Source of the DNA: Spirogloea muscicola
Taxonomy: Eukaryota
Length of the DNA stretch: 64,000 bases
Assembly: GCA_009602725.1 (NCBI GenBank)
Contig: WELB01000002.1
Span: forward strand, 1,322,296 to 1,386,295
Reading direction: 5' to 3'
The notes beneath the pieces were generated by a model that worked only from the letters and a program-made list of their open reading frames with translations, made no database searches and was not told the origin of the DNA. The translations under genes and the position numbers were made by a program. This document shows, piece after piece, positions 39,301 through 52,130 of this stretch (position 1 is its first letter; the number at the start of each line of letters is the position of its first letter).

Positions 39301-42043
39301 GCCGGCTCCTGGACTCAGTGGCGAGCGTATACCGGCGTGAAGCGTGGGCTGCCCTCTTGGCGGCCAGCTTGCACAACCTCCGGGCCTGCTGCCGGCACCT
39401 AGGCTTGATCACAGACTATGTAGAGTACACCCTGGAGCTGGCGGCGCTGCCGCTCCCCAACAACCAGTTCCAGGGCTTGGCGTCGGCCTTGTTCAGCCCC
39501 GAGGCTAGTCCAGGTCAGGCATTTCCTGCTAAGGTAGCTAGTCGAGCACAGTAGCACATGCACAGATTGCCCATTCTGCAACTATGCACTTCTGCTGAAT
39601 TGACTTTCTTGCGTCAGCTGTGAGACCGCAGGGTCAACTGAGTAACACTTAGTGGGCTGCACTAGCTCTTGCAGAGAAGTGCTCACAATACTTTTCTACC
39701 CCTTTGCGCCAGATGATCTTAGCATAAGCAGCATCCAGAGGGGGGTCTTCAATCTGCTTCGAGGAGGAACGGTGCCGGCGTGTGGGGACGGTCAAGCTGA
39801 GATCAGATTGGATAGTGGTGGGCCACCGCTGGAGGTTGTGATCCAGGGCAGAGGGCCGCTGCGAGGTGTCCTGGTGGCGGCCGCGTCCTTCATGGACCAA
39901 AGTGCTCAGCCGGGCAAGGCAGCGCGGCTCACGCTGGCCCTGCTGACGCACCTGCCCCTGCCTCTTCGCCTGTCGCACCTGTCGCTGGTGTTCTCAAGCA
40001 GAGACTGTGAGTCTATGCTGGTCGGTGTGGAGCCACAAGGACGCTCGGCTAAGAATACCAATGGGATATTCGAAGCACCAGGACAGGAGCAAAATGGCAT
40101 GTTCGACAATAAAGCTACTGGTGGGACAGAGATTGTCGTGTGTCCGCGGGAGTGGCTGCTTCTGCACTACGACGTGACAGCCCGTGAGCACACTAGGCAC
40201 TTCTGCAGTGCAGACAATGTCAAAGCATTACTGTAGAGGTCAGTCTAATTTGTAGCAACCAAGAGATCCCTTGCGTCTTGTTTTCCGAATCTAAGGTGCA
40301 TGTTCTGAGCCTTTAACTGTTGCCTATTGTCATGGCAGATCAAGGAGGACTGCTGGATTGCTTGGGCGTGGTAGCTGGCATTGGCCCGCATGCATCAATC
40401 TCGTGCCAGGTTGATGCGCTTGGAGGTAGCGAGGCAGAGCACCCTTACATTTAATCTCTTCATGTGTCTCTATTGCTGACCTTCTGTTACGATTGGTGAT
40501 GGTGACATGGACCTTGCTCACCTTGCAATCGTATGTATATTCATTAATCATTTGCTGAATCTGGGTACCCTTGTGGTGTGCCTCCCCTGCAGCTGTGCTT
40601 GGAGAGGAAGTGGCGCTGCCATGTGCAACGGAGGCCGCTGCGCCCCATCTGCCAACTCTGCGCTTGGAGCTGGCCAGCGAAGGCCACCGGGCAGTCCAGG
40701 TGGAAGAGCCGCGCCCGCTGGTGGACGTGATCCTGGACTGTGCAGGGCCGGGCCTCGTGGGGGAGTGCCTGCCTGCCAGAGTCGGCGTCGCGTCGCGGGG
40801 GCACAGTGTCCTCGGCGGTGAGTTGAGGCTGGCGTTGGCGCCCCTCGCTGAGGCCGCTGCCACCGAGCCCGCTCGCACCTCTGGAGAAGCTCTGCCGATC
40901 TGGATCCTGGTCCGAGACGACAGCGGCAATGGCGCTGCGGTGCTGAGGGACAGCCCCAGCATCCTGGCGGTGCCCGATATTGCAGCTGGCGGCCAGTGGT
41001 TTTCAGATGTCTACCTGCGGTGGCAGGGACCTATAGGTGTGCGGCTGACAGCGTCAATCACGTACACTGCTGCGGACAGCGAGCAGGGAGGTGGCCACGG
41101 GCGCCGCTTCGAGGCGCAGAAGAGCATGCACGCGCAGTGCGAGGCTGCGCTGCTCGCCAGCTGCCGCCTCGTGGCGCCGTACCGGCAGGCATCGCTCCTG
41201 CCCGGGGCAGCGGCGGCATCTTTGGCTGAGGGCAGCAGTGAAGCGCTGGCGATCGGGGAGCCGTGCACGCTCATCGCGACAGTGCGATCAGGCGCCTCCA
41301 CACCCATCACATTGCTGTCTGTCTGTTTTGAGGAGGCTGATGCTGCGAGCTGCTCGGTCGTTCCGGCAGGCTCAGGCAGTGACAACGACGCTGGCAACGA
41401 GCTAGGCTGGGGCCTGGTTAAAGGCGGTGGCAGCATGGCCGGTGTCGAGCTCTCACAGGAGGCCACATTCGTCCGCCTCTTCAATGTCACCGCCCTCGTG
41501 GCCTCCCCGCACTTGCAGCTGGGCTCTCTCATCCTCCGCTGGCGTCGGGCGCAGCCAACAGCAGCGCTTGGTTGCAGCGGCAACGGGGACGGCGGCCAGC
41601 CCAGCGAAGTGGTGACGGTGCGGGTGAAGGTCCTGCCGGTGCTGTCGGAGGCTGCCTGCCTTACAGCCACGCTGGTCACACCCGACTCGGCTCTGCTTGG
41701 GCGGCCGTTCCATGCGAGCATGACCATCACAAACAACACGCCGTTGCTCCAGGAGGTTGCCTTCTTCGTGGCGGATAGTGGCAGCTTTGTCTTTGCGGGT
41801 GCTCGTACGGGGACAATCTCCATCCTGCCATATAGCTCCCATAGCCTCCCCCTCTGCCTGGTCCCACTTTCGTCCGGCATGCTGGCTCTGCCCCAGCTGC
41901 AGCTGCAAGTCACGCGGTACAGAGCAGCATTCAGGGCGTCGCAGGACAGCTCCAAGCTCTTTGTCCACCCCTCTGCGCCAGCCTCCAAGCCGGAGAGCAT
42001 CGTGCAGGCAATGACCCTGATGAGCGAAGTTGGAGTCACATGA
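36383..42043 (+). CDS. TRAPPC11: Trafficking protein particle complex subunit 11 (foie gras/gryzun-type); start codon not located
   Basis: GILPADWLAKKRARSPAVLALL; ALRKRAEVEAR; FYRDEAKRLK...VRYNFK; EVRAVAGQLHFKICTLLL; HWAWLSNQYKVFAELV; PAYYYQ; VYRREAWAALL; C-terminal ITNNTPLLQEV...DSGSFVFAG...LVPLSSGMLALP; stop 42041-42043. Confidence 0.85.
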
Positions 42044-42519
42044 AAGCTATTCTTACTCGCCCCATTACTGGCCCCACCTGATAAGCCTGACGCCTTCTTG
42101 CTGGCATACCTTATGCTGACAGATTTATCTTTTAGCTAGTGACGGGACACCCTGCTTCCACGTGTACTATCTTGTTCAAACGCATTCTTCAAGCATGTAA
42201 TGCTGACAGTCAAATGTCTGGCGCTGCCAGCTCAATAAGATTTGATAGTCTAGTCACGCGTTAAGACCTCAATCCCAAGTTGATCAAGTGCAAGCTCTAG
42301 AAGCAGCACTTTTTATGTATGGCAGCCAGGGCCTATTCTGTCAAGAGCCTTCTGCTCCTTAAAGCAACTCGCAGAATCTAGATTGTCCTGTGTAGGGGGT
42401 GCCCTTGCCGACACGATGCATGAGCAGACTGGTACGTGGTAACAGCAAGTCCGAAGCAATCATCTGCTATGATTGCGTTGAACATGAGATTTAAATTCAC
42501 AGACTTTCTTCACCTTCCT

Positions 42520-44488
42520 TCAGTGGGTCTTATTGCTGGCCGGAGAGGGAGCCTCTGGGCCTTGTCCCACAGGACTAGGTGCAGCGGCAGGGTTGCCGTG
42601 TCCGGCTGGAGCTGGAGCTGGAGCTGCGGCTGGATGAGAGTGTGTGAGAGCAGGACCATTGAACGTCGGCACTTGGGCAGCAACTGGAGCGGGTGTAGGT
42701 GGAGGTGGGGGTGAAGGCGGGCTCGGGGACGGAGTTGGAGGAGCAACATAAGTGGGCCGTGGCGCTGGCGCAAGATATGGGGGAGGCACTGGCAATGGTG
42801 GGGGAAGGGGCGGAGGCGTAATACTGGGACTAGGAGCAGGTGTTGGAGGAATGGGAGTGGGCTGCCAGCCTGTGGGTGCCGCAGCGGGGCTGATCGACGC
42901 CAGCGGCGCCCCTTGGTAACAACTGTCCGAATGGCGGGCTGTGTGGAATGCCACGCATCGCCGGTTCTGGGGGAAGTCCTCGTTGTGAGCTCCGGGGTTT
43001 ATGATGACGCCGCTAGTCAGCTGGGCCTCCGTGATCTGTAGGATGATGAGCTGCCCCAAGAAGCGCCCAGCCTGGCATGAACGGGAGAGTTTGAGCAATT
43101 TTCCATTGCCTGATTATTGCTCGAGTACTATTCATGGGATCGTGACGCGATGACCAGACGTGCCCAGAGATAAGTATCACAGGTACATGCTTTTATGAAG
43201 CTATAGGATCCCAATTGGAAACTAGGATCCCAATGCGGGCAGTATGCTTACTTGTTGTGAGTTCCGCGATGCAACGAGATTATTGGCGACGTAGAAGATG
43301 TCATAGCATGACTCGCTTGTGTTGTAAGCAAACGCACATTGGCTGCACCCGTCGCAACTTGCAGCATTTTCCGCTGAGCAGTTGGTCTGGTTCACAGAGG
43401 GCGACGCCAGCCTGGAGTTACTGTGGTGAAATCACGTTACTCGGGAACAAGATATGGCAGACCACCCAAGTAATGAGCAGGACTTTCAGTTTGGATCAAG
43501 CCCTGCCGCATACATGTCCTTATGCAGATGACAGGGAAGCTTCACAGAGGCCCTCTCTGGCCCCCCACAACTTACGGGAAAGCAGCTGTTAGCCGCAGGC
43601 TGTGTGTTTTGGCATGAGGAAGACGAAGAGTATTGAGATCCGCAGGTATGCGAGCAGCAGCAACAGGTCTTGGTAGCAGCATCAAAGTCACAACCAGGGT
43701 TGCTAGCCGAGCTGGCCATGCTGGCAGGCGTAGCACGGCAGCACCCTTCTGGAGCTTGATTCGTTGTGCAGTAGCTCCTGGCGTGGCTCAGAGAGCAGCA
43801 GTCCCCGTTGGTGTTGACTGCAACGACGTCATAGCCTTGCCTGCACGAGGAAGGAGGCAACCCCAGTGTCAAAGCTGAGCCTGCCTGACAAACTTCGCCA
43901 CGCCGAGATGCTCAGAATCACTGCAGCCTCTCGTAAAAGGACGGAGCTACAGCAGCGCTTGTTTGCTCGAGAATGCTGAACAATCAACTTGCGTCAATCT
44001 TTGACCAATCTGCAAGCGACCACTGTATGCACAGGCCGACGAAGTCATGCGTATGACGCTGTGTGCTGACTTTTACATCAAAACCCAACAAGACGACAGA
44101 TGGGTAGCTCGCAAAAAATGCACGAGACTACAGTTGCAAACAGATCAGCCGGTGGTCAGTGCGTGGCCAATCAGATATTTCCATCGGAAAATAACCTGGT
44201 GGTCAGGGGGCTGCCGTAAGTGTGGTCTCCAGGCGAGCAGTCGAGGGGTATCTGCGGGAGGCGGTCCCGGTGGCCCTCCATGTAGAAGTCGCACCACTCC
44301 AGAGGCGACGGCTGGTGCCGGCAGCCGGCGCATCGGAGGAGGCAGTTGGAGCCTGACGAGCAGACGCTCGTTGGAGAGCCTGGTACTGCGGCTGGTGCAC
44401 CATTCCCATGAGCCGTGGCCGCTAGACGCAACGTCAAGACGATCGCCAGGAGGTGTGCGATGATGGTGAAGCGGATCGGCGGCGCCAT
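42520..44488 (-). CDS. Secreted Cys-rich protein with C-terminal Pro-rich (HRGP/AGP-like) tail, about 4 exons
   Basis: Signal peptide MAPPIRFTIIAHLLAIVLTLRLAATAHG; Cys-rich exons at ~44488-44198, ~43842-43579 and ~43418-43251; last exon rich in SP/TP/AP and PPPP, stop 42520-42522. Confidence 0.7.
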
Positions 44489-44811
44489 GGCCTGCAAGGC
44501 ATCACTCGCGGCGTCAGCGCTGGCCCGACGTCCTCTCACGAGACGCTGAGGCGACGAGTCACAGGCCAGGCTTGATGGTACGAGACGTATAGACATGGCT
44601 GACGAGCCAACAGCGTACGAGTAGGCCCGCTCCACTGACGTCTCAAGCAGAGCCCTGCAAACGATCTACCTGCTTCAGCTGCCTCCAGTCCCCAGGCTGC
44701 CGTCGGGAAGGCCCGGCACTCCGCTTCTGGCCGCCTTCTCTGCCGACAGCGTACAGGAGGAGCGCCGGCCGTCGCGGCGCAGCCCCGGCGCTGATCACCG
44801 CCGTCAGCACG

Positions 44812-45759
44812 ATGGTGGCGGCGGCGGCGGCGGCGGTTGACGGCAGAGCCGGAGGTCCGGGGCGAGCGCGGGGCCTTGGCGGCGCGGCGGAAGGCGCGGG
44901 CCATGCGGNNNNNNNNNNNNNNNNNNNNNNNNNNNNNNNNNNNNNNNNNNNNNNNNNNNNNNNNNNNNNNNNNNNNNNNNNNNNNNNNNNNNNNNNNNNN
45001 NNNNNNNNNNNNNNNNNNNNNNNNNNNNNNNNNNNNNNNNNNNNNNNNNNNNNNNNNNNNNNNNNNNNNNNNNNNNNNNNNNNNNNNNNNNNNNNNNNNN
45101 NNNNNNNNNNNNNNNNNNNNNNNNNNNNNNNNNNNNNNNNNNNNNNNNNNNNNNNNNNNNNNNNNNNNNNNNNNNNNNNNNNNNNNNNNNNNNNNNNNNN
45201 NNNNNNNNNNNNNNNNNNNNNNNNNNNNNNNNNNNNNNNNNNNNNNNNNNNNNNNNNNNNNNNNNNNNNNNNNNNNNNNNNNNNNNNNNNNNNNNNNNNN
45301 NNNNNNNNNNNNNNNNNNNNNNNNNNNNNNNNCGGCGCCGGCGCCGCCGCCGGCGGCGTGCTGCTGCGCGTGGAGCGGGCGGCCGACACGCGGCGCGCGC
45401 GCGAGTTCCACGGCCTCTTCCGCACGCTGGCGGACAACATGATGGTGGGCGTCTCCAAGGGCTTCGAGAAGCGGCTGCAGCTGGTGGGCGTGGGCTACCG
45501 CGCGGCCGTAGACAAGGGCGAGCTGGCGCTGAACCTGGGGTTCTCGCACCAAGTGCGCATGCCCATCCCCGACGGCATCTCCGTCAAGGTGGAGGAGACG
45601 GTGCGCATCATCGTCTCCGGCCGCTCCAAGGCCGCCGTCGGCGACTTCTCCGCCGAGATCCGCAAGTGGCGCCCGCCAGAGCCGTACAAGGGCAAGGGCA
45701 TCAAGTACGTCGACGAGGTCATCCTGCGCAAGGAGGGCAAGGTCGGCAAGAAGAAGTAG
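44812..45759 (+). CDS. RPL6: 50S ribosomal protein L6, probably plastid-targeted (middle in N gap, start uncertain)
   Basis: HGLFRTLADNMMVGVSKGFEKRLQLVGVGYRA, LNLGFSH, IRKWRPPEPYKGKGIKY.DE.ILRKEGK. Confidence 0.93.
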   Translation: MVAAAAAAVDGRAGGPGRARGLGGAAEGAGHAXXXXXXXXXXXXXXXXXXXXXXXXXXXXXXXXXXXXXXXXXXXXXXXXXXXXXXXXXXXXXXXXXXXXXXXXXXXXXXXXXXXXXXXXXXXXXXXXXXXXXXXXXXXXXXXXXXXXXXXXXXXXXXXXXXXXXXXXXXXXXXGAGAAAGGVLLRVERAADTRRAREFHGLFRTLADNMMVGVSKGFEKRLQLVGVGYRAAVDKGELALNLGFSHQVRMPIPDGISVKVEETVRIIVSGRSKAAVGDFSAEIRKWRPPEPYKGKGIKYVDEVILRKEGKVGKKK

Positions 45760-46416
45760 AGCAGGCGCTGCTTCTCTTGCGAGCCCCCATCACCTCGTGA
45801 TGCTGATAGCGAGCGTGGAGGCGTCGTCACATGGCATGTGCGCCACTGTCGCCATGTCAGCTCTCTGCTCGCTTGCCTGTCCGGCTCTCTCGCCTGTGGG
45901 ATTAGGTCCCTAGCTGTGGAGCATCCCTGTGCTCGACGTAGTCGAGCAGTCCCCTTAATCCCACTGTCATTCACCACGCTGCTCTAGCAGCCACCATAGA
46001 CTGCCATTTGACAGCAATTGCTGACGCTTTTCTGACTCTCTATGCGTAGTCGCATTTGCCCTAACATGGTCTCTCATCTCACCTGGTGGCAACAGTTGGC
46101 CTTGCCACTCAACCCTGAGAGAGTGCCGTGCCAGCATTTGCGGGCTGCCAACGCGGCGCTCATTATATACTTCATGCCTTGTCTTCATTGTCCAAGCGTA
46201 ACCACCATACAGTGGAGAGCGATGGGGCTCCTCGCTGTGCACTTGCAGATTCAATACTCTAGTCTTTTAATCAACCCAACGTCGCAATGTGTTTTATAAA
46301 CAAGGACACAGCCGTCTATCTGACTATCGGTACACTCTCAGTAGTCTGTGAGCGAGCTCCTTGCAAGCTGTGCCTGGAAAGATGACGTGTCGGTGCAGCA
46401 GCTTCAGATGTCTCTG

Positions 46417-48320
46417 CTAACTGTCGCTCGCATTGGCAATGCCGACCATATTGAGCACCGCACGGTCCTCCTTGAAGCGCTCCAGGATAGTGCCCTTCAC
46501 CGCATCATCAGCCTCCAGGCCATCTGCTGGGAGAACTGCCCAGCACTCGACGACATCAGGCACAAACTCCGGCGTGGATGACAGGGAGGGGCTGCCAAAT
46601 GTCACGCAAGGCCGACTGTGGCCGCGCTCCAGGGTACTGTCCAGGAAGATCCCGAAGTGGTGCGGCTGGCCACCCAGGCCAACACCGTTGGGGACACTGT
46701 CGGACGTGAACCCCGTCGCGCACTGCATGGACAACGCCGAGTTGAGACATCAGAGTCATGGCGATCTTTGAAACTTGGAGGGCTTGGGGATAATTTCAAG
46801 CAGACAAGCGCACGCACCCAAAGGATGTTGTTGTTGGCGCCTGAGGCCTTGTATATGCGCATTGCCGGCGTCAGCGTGAAAAGAAAAGACTTGAGGTCGC
46901 CGTAAAAGGTGCTCCGCCGCGCCCATGGCTGCGAGGCATAGCCACCAAAAATCGCGCCGCCCTTGTCTCTCACCACCAGGATTGTTGGCCTTGGCATGGA
47001 GCTGCGCAGCACATGGGAGGGCAATTGAGCAATAATATCCAGCTAGCACCTCAACCGCTACACAGCTTGCGAGATGGTTGCTCGTCATGTACGGCCTAGG
47101 AAGGAGCAGCGTGGCAATTCAGATCGTCGGCGCCCGTGCCTGATGCGACTGTAGAAGGTGCTGAAACTCATGCCGTGACTGCCACTGTTGAAGAGCAGCA
47201 CCCACTCGCGCGCGCTCGCCTCGGGCAGCGCGCCCGCAATGTGCCACGCATGCTCTCGTCGCAACAGGACGTGGGACTGGCAGTCGGCTGCAGCGGCCAG
47301 GAGCGGTACGCGCCGGCTGGCGAGTGCTGCAATCACGCAGCAGGTCAAATTGGCAATGGCATGTCTAGACACTGGATGTAACAGACGAAGTGAAATGTCT
47401 ACGTTTCCATATTTGACCACGAGATCCTTCTGATCTAACCATCAGATCGGGCTGCTCTCACACCTATCCATGGTAGCCAGTGACCATGCCCAAGCCTTCC
47501 ATGTGAAAGAGCCACCGCCAAGGAGGCACTCACCCGCTCCACTCGATGTCATCAGGCTGCCTAGGAAGCGAGGCAGTGACGGCACGCAGCGGCACCACGC
47601 TTGGAAGCCTTCCTTGGTCAGCGTGTCCTTGGCAGTGTCGTCGCGGCTCCATTCGGCAGCGTCAAGGATGGCCTGCACGCTCGAGTCGGGCGTGGCCTCC
47701 GCCGGTCCCAGCACCGTCTCGAGCGTGCTGAGCACCACTGACTCTGCCTCCTCCCTGCCGACGCCCTTGAGTGCCAGCGCGCACCACGCCAGCTTCTCAG
47801 CTTCGCCCTGCTGCTTCTGCGCCAGTTCCCCAATGGCTCGCTGAAGCATTCCATGGAGACTGCCTCGTACCTCGAAACGGGGCCGTCGCCGAGGAGGTCG
47901 ACGAGCGCGAAGAGGAAGTCCTCCACCTCCTCCGCTGACCCCTTCTCGTAGACCGCCTGCATAGCCCTCGCGCTGACGGCAGCTGAGACGAGGCTCCAAT
48001 CTACGAGCAGCAGGAAAGGGGGCTGGGCTCCTCGACGGCGGCAAACCTTGACGGCGACGAGGTCGTCGAGGTGCAGCATGCCGTCGCGGCGGCCGCGCGT
48101 GGCGAGGTCGAAGAGCCTCGCGCCCAGCGAGCCGTGGATGCCAAAGTGCGCCTGCGCGGCGCAGCGTGGCGTCAAAGCCGCATCCATGGCCGCGGCGGCG
48201 GCGTCGTGGGGACGCAGTTACCCACCTGGAAGACGGGCGCGGTGACGAAGCGGCCGCCGCTGCGCGACTGCGCGGCCAGCGAGCGGTGCAGCGCCGCCAG
48301 GCTCCTGCGCTCCGCCTCCG
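46417..48320 (-). CDS. TLDc-domain protein (TLDC1/MEAK7-like); 5' end lies in the gap
   Basis: WVLLFNSGSHGMSFSTF; PTILVVRDKGGAIFGGYASQPW; FYGDLKSFLF; NGVGLGG..HFGIFLD; TFGSPSLS; VECW; EDRAVLNMVG. Confidence 0.88.
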
Positions 48321-49405
48321 TCAGCCTCCTGCGCCGCCGCCGCCGCGGAAGCGTTGAGGGCCACTGCGGCCAGAGGGGAGCGCGGCGGCGGGCGCAGCTG
48401 CGCCGGGCGCGGCGNNNNNNNNNNNNNNNNNNNNNNNNNNNNNNNNNNNNNNNNNNNNNNNNNNNNNNNNNNNNNNNNNNNNNNNNNNNNNNNNNNNNNN
48501 NNNNNNNNNNNNNNNNNNNNNNNNNNNNNNNNNNNNNNNNNNNNNNNNNNNNNNNNNNNNNNNNNNNNNNNNNNNNNNNNNNNNNNNNNNNNNNNNNNNN
48601 NNNNNNNNNNNNNNNNNNNNNNNNNNNNNNNNNNNNNNNNNNNNNNNNNNNNNNNNNNNNNNNNNNNNNNNNNNNNNNNNNNNNNNNNNNNNNNNNNNNN
48701 NNNNNNNNNNNNNNNNNNNNNNNNNNNNNNNNNNNNNNNNNNNNNNNNNNNNNNNNNNNNNNNNNNNNNNNNNNNNNNNNNNNNNNNNNNNNNNNNNNNN
48801 NNNNNNNNNNNNNNNNNNNNNNNNNNNNNNNNNNNNNNNNNNNNNNNNNNNNNNNNNNNNNNNNNNNNNNNNNNNNNNNNNNNNNNNNNNNNNNNNNNNN
48901 NNNNNNNNNNNNNNNNNNNNNNNNNNNNNNNNNNNNNNNNNNNNNNNNNNNNNNNNNNNNNNNNNNNNNNNNNNNNNNNNNNNNNNNNNNNNNNNNNNNN
49001 NNNNNNNNNNNNNNNNNNNNNNNNNNNNNNNNNNNNNNNNNNNNNNNNNNNNNNNNNNNNNNNNNNNNNNNNNNNNNNNNNNNNNNNNNNNNNNNNNNNN
49101 NNNNNNNNNNNNNNNNNNNNNNNNNNNNNNNNNNNNNNNNNNNNNNNNNNNNNNNNNNNNNNNNNNNNNNNNNNNNNNNNNNNNNNNNNNNNNNNNNNNN
49201 NNNNNNNNNNNNNNNNNNNNNNNNNNNNNNNNNNNNNNNNNNNNNNNNNNNNNNNNNNNNNNNNNNNNNNNNNNNNNNNNNNNNNNNNNNNNNNNNNNNN
49301 NNNNNNNNNNNNNNNNNNNNNNNNNNNNNNNNNNNNNNNNNNNNNNNNNNNNNNNNNNNNNNNNNNNNNNNNNNNNNNNNNNNNNNNNNNNNNNNNNNNN
49401 NNNNN

Positions 49406-49438
<33 letters not shown>

Positions 49439-49439
49439 G

Positions 49440-51620
49440 GGGGCCCCGGCAGCCGCGCGAGCTGCAGCCGGAGCGCGACGAGCGGCGCCTGGCCGACTGG
49501 CCGGCGACGCGGCGCTGGCCGACGCCGCGCCTCCTGGCGGCTGCAGGCTTTGCCTCATTCTGGTCGTTAAGACCATGGATCCGCTATCCGCGCGCAGACG
49601 GTGCAGCGGCGGCTGCTGGCGGCGGAGACGCAGGCCAAGGCCGACAAGTCGCCCGTCACCGTGGCCGACTACGGTGCGCCCGCTGAGCGCCAACCCCGCC
49701 TCGAGCGCCACTTTAGCTGCATTGGCGCTGCCAGCGACGCTGCATTGGTGAACGACTGCCTGCGCCCCAGCAGGCGAAAGCGAGACAGCGAGTGCTGAGT
49801 CTCGCAGTGCGGGGGCGGCCCGCTCCACCGATTGCGCGCGCGCAGGCTCGCAGGCACTCATCAGCTGGGCGCTGGAGCGGGCTCTCCCGCCCGGCACGCT
49901 CTCCATGGTTGCGGAGGAGGTGCGCCGCCGGCGAGGCCCACTTTCGAGCCGCCGCTGAGGCTGTCTCGGCATGGCAGCTGGCCGCTGCCCAAGCTCAGCT
50001 TCCAGCTGCTGGACTCATTGTGGAGATGTTGCAGCTTCGTTGACAGTTGAGACGTGCTGCAGGACTCGGACGACCTCCGGGCAGAGGGCGGGCAGCCGAT
50101 GCTAGACCGCATCACGGAGCTCGTTAACGAGGTCCTGGCGACTGACGGCGAGCACGGCGGCGAGAGGCCGCCGCCGCTCGCGCCGACCGACGTGGTGGCC
50201 GCCATCGACCGCGGCCGCTCCGAGGGTGGCGCCCAGGGCCGGCATTGGGTCTTGGACCCCATTGACGGAACGCGCGGGTAGCTCTGCCGCTTCCGCCGCT
50301 CTTGTGCGCCCTGCCTTCCAAGCTTTCACAGTCGCGGACGAGGATCCGATGCCGTCCACACAGAAGTACAAATGGTCTCGCACGGATAGGCCTCCAAGGG
50401 ATCCTCTTGCCAAATTCTTGAGCATATAGGCTGACCAGGCAAAGCAGGCACACCAGGCAAAGGCCTTGACGCATGCATGGCGCTCTCACTTGCGGCTGCG
50501 GCAGGTTCGTCCGCGGGGACCAGTACGCTGTGGCGCTGGGCCTGCTGGACCACGGCGAGGTCGTCCTGGGTGTGCTGGGCTGCCCGAACCTCCCCAGCGC
50601 GCCCATCGCCGGTGGCATCTCGCCTGCTGCCGCCTCCTCGGGGGAGCCCAATGGCTGCCTCTTTGCGGCCCGCCGGGGCGCAGGCACCACTGTGGAGCCC
50701 ATGGACAGCTCGCAGCCGCCTAAACAGGTTCACAACCTTGCAAATAGGAAGTAGAACGAAGCTGAAGTGTACTGACATCTCATTGTGGCTTACTGAAGAA
50801 ATGCTCTGTGACTTTTCAGGTGCGTGTCAGCAGTGTCGACGATCCAACCTGGGCCACCTTTTGCGAGTCATATGAGTCGGCGCACTCCAAGCAGGACCTG
50901 ACGGCCAGCATCGCTAGAGTGAGGATGCGCCCATACTCGTTAACACAGCAGCATCGAGTGTTCAGTGCATTGATGATATAGTCTTTCAGGTTGCCAGCTG
51001 CTTGCACCGACCCACAAAAGCAGAGTGCCTCCTGAGAATGTCAGTGGGGTCCTTGGATGGTTCAGGTCTTAGGGGTCACAGCACCACCAGTACGCATTGA
51101 CAGCCAGGCCAAGTACGGGGCCATGGCTAGGGGCGACGCCGCGATCTACCTCCGTTTCCCGCATGCGGGGTACCGAGAGAAGATCTGGGACCATGTAGCA
51201 GGCGCCATAGTTGTCACTGGTGCACACTTTACTCAGTTGCACAATGCAAGTGCTTGATGCATCCGGCACTTACACTGCATGTCAGTGCAAAAGTTTGATA
51301 TGCAACTCTTTTCACATGCCATAGTTATGTATTGCGTGATGCACGGTGGCTTCTTCCGTCATGGATGTGCACCTTTTACTTGCGGTGAGGTGATGTGAAT
51401 GCTCTGAGAGAGTTAAGCAATGATGCGGCTGCACTCTTGTCTATCTGCAGAGGCCGGTGGCATTGTGTCTGACGCAATCGGCAAGCCTCTGGACTTTTCG
51501 AAGGGGCGGTACCTTGACGTGGAGCGTGGCATCATCGCCACAAACCCCCAGCTCATGCCAATCCTGCTTGCCGCTGTGCAGACCTGCCTCAAGGGCGAGC
51601 AACCTCCTGCAATGGGCTAG
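49440..51620 (+). CDS. SAL1: 3'(2'),5'-bisphosphate nucleotidase (SAL1/FIERY1/HAL2 family); 5' end in the gap
   Basis: KADKSPVTVADYG, WVLDPIDGTRG, FVRGDQYAVAL, LGVLGCPNL, FCESYESAHS, RIDSQAKYG, YREKIWDH, EAGG.VSD..G.PLDFSKGR. Confidence 0.93.
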
Positions 51621-52130
51621 ATGGCAACATTCAGCACATTGCTACTTACTTGCACCTTGGCATTGTAGAGCCTTCCAGAAGTCTTAGCGCCATCTTGACG
51701 ACGATTTCTTGCTTGTGCTGCACCACCAGATTTAATCACCAAATATCTCCAAAGAGCACATCATCCTGGTCCATGCATGATTTGTTGTACTTTAGATTGT
51801 TGAAAGTATACCTATCAGCGGAGATTTTGCAGGATATGACACAGGTGTAATAGACTCAATTCAGGCCAGGGTAAGCTGCATAAGAAAGTGATTAATCGAG
51901 GTTTCATAGTACATCACTTGGTAGGGCCTCAAATAAAGAATTTCTCAAAATTTGTGCCAAGCACAGACTCCGTGACAGCAAGCCACCACTGTGTCATCTG
52001 GCATGTCAATGTCATGCTGCTTCATAGCATGAGGCCTTTGAGTTAAGGCTAGTGTCAAGAACCTCTAGAAAGTGGCAAGGAGTGGGCACCCCCATATGGT
52101 TGCAAAGACAACCTGAATCAAGGAAAGTGA

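Noticed and set aside
41011..42039. 342-aa antisense ORF
   Set aside because: Shadow of the long GC-rich final TRAPPC11 exon.
48071..49972. Long ORFs of 465-584 aa in the ORF track
   Set aside because: They are open only because they run through Ns.
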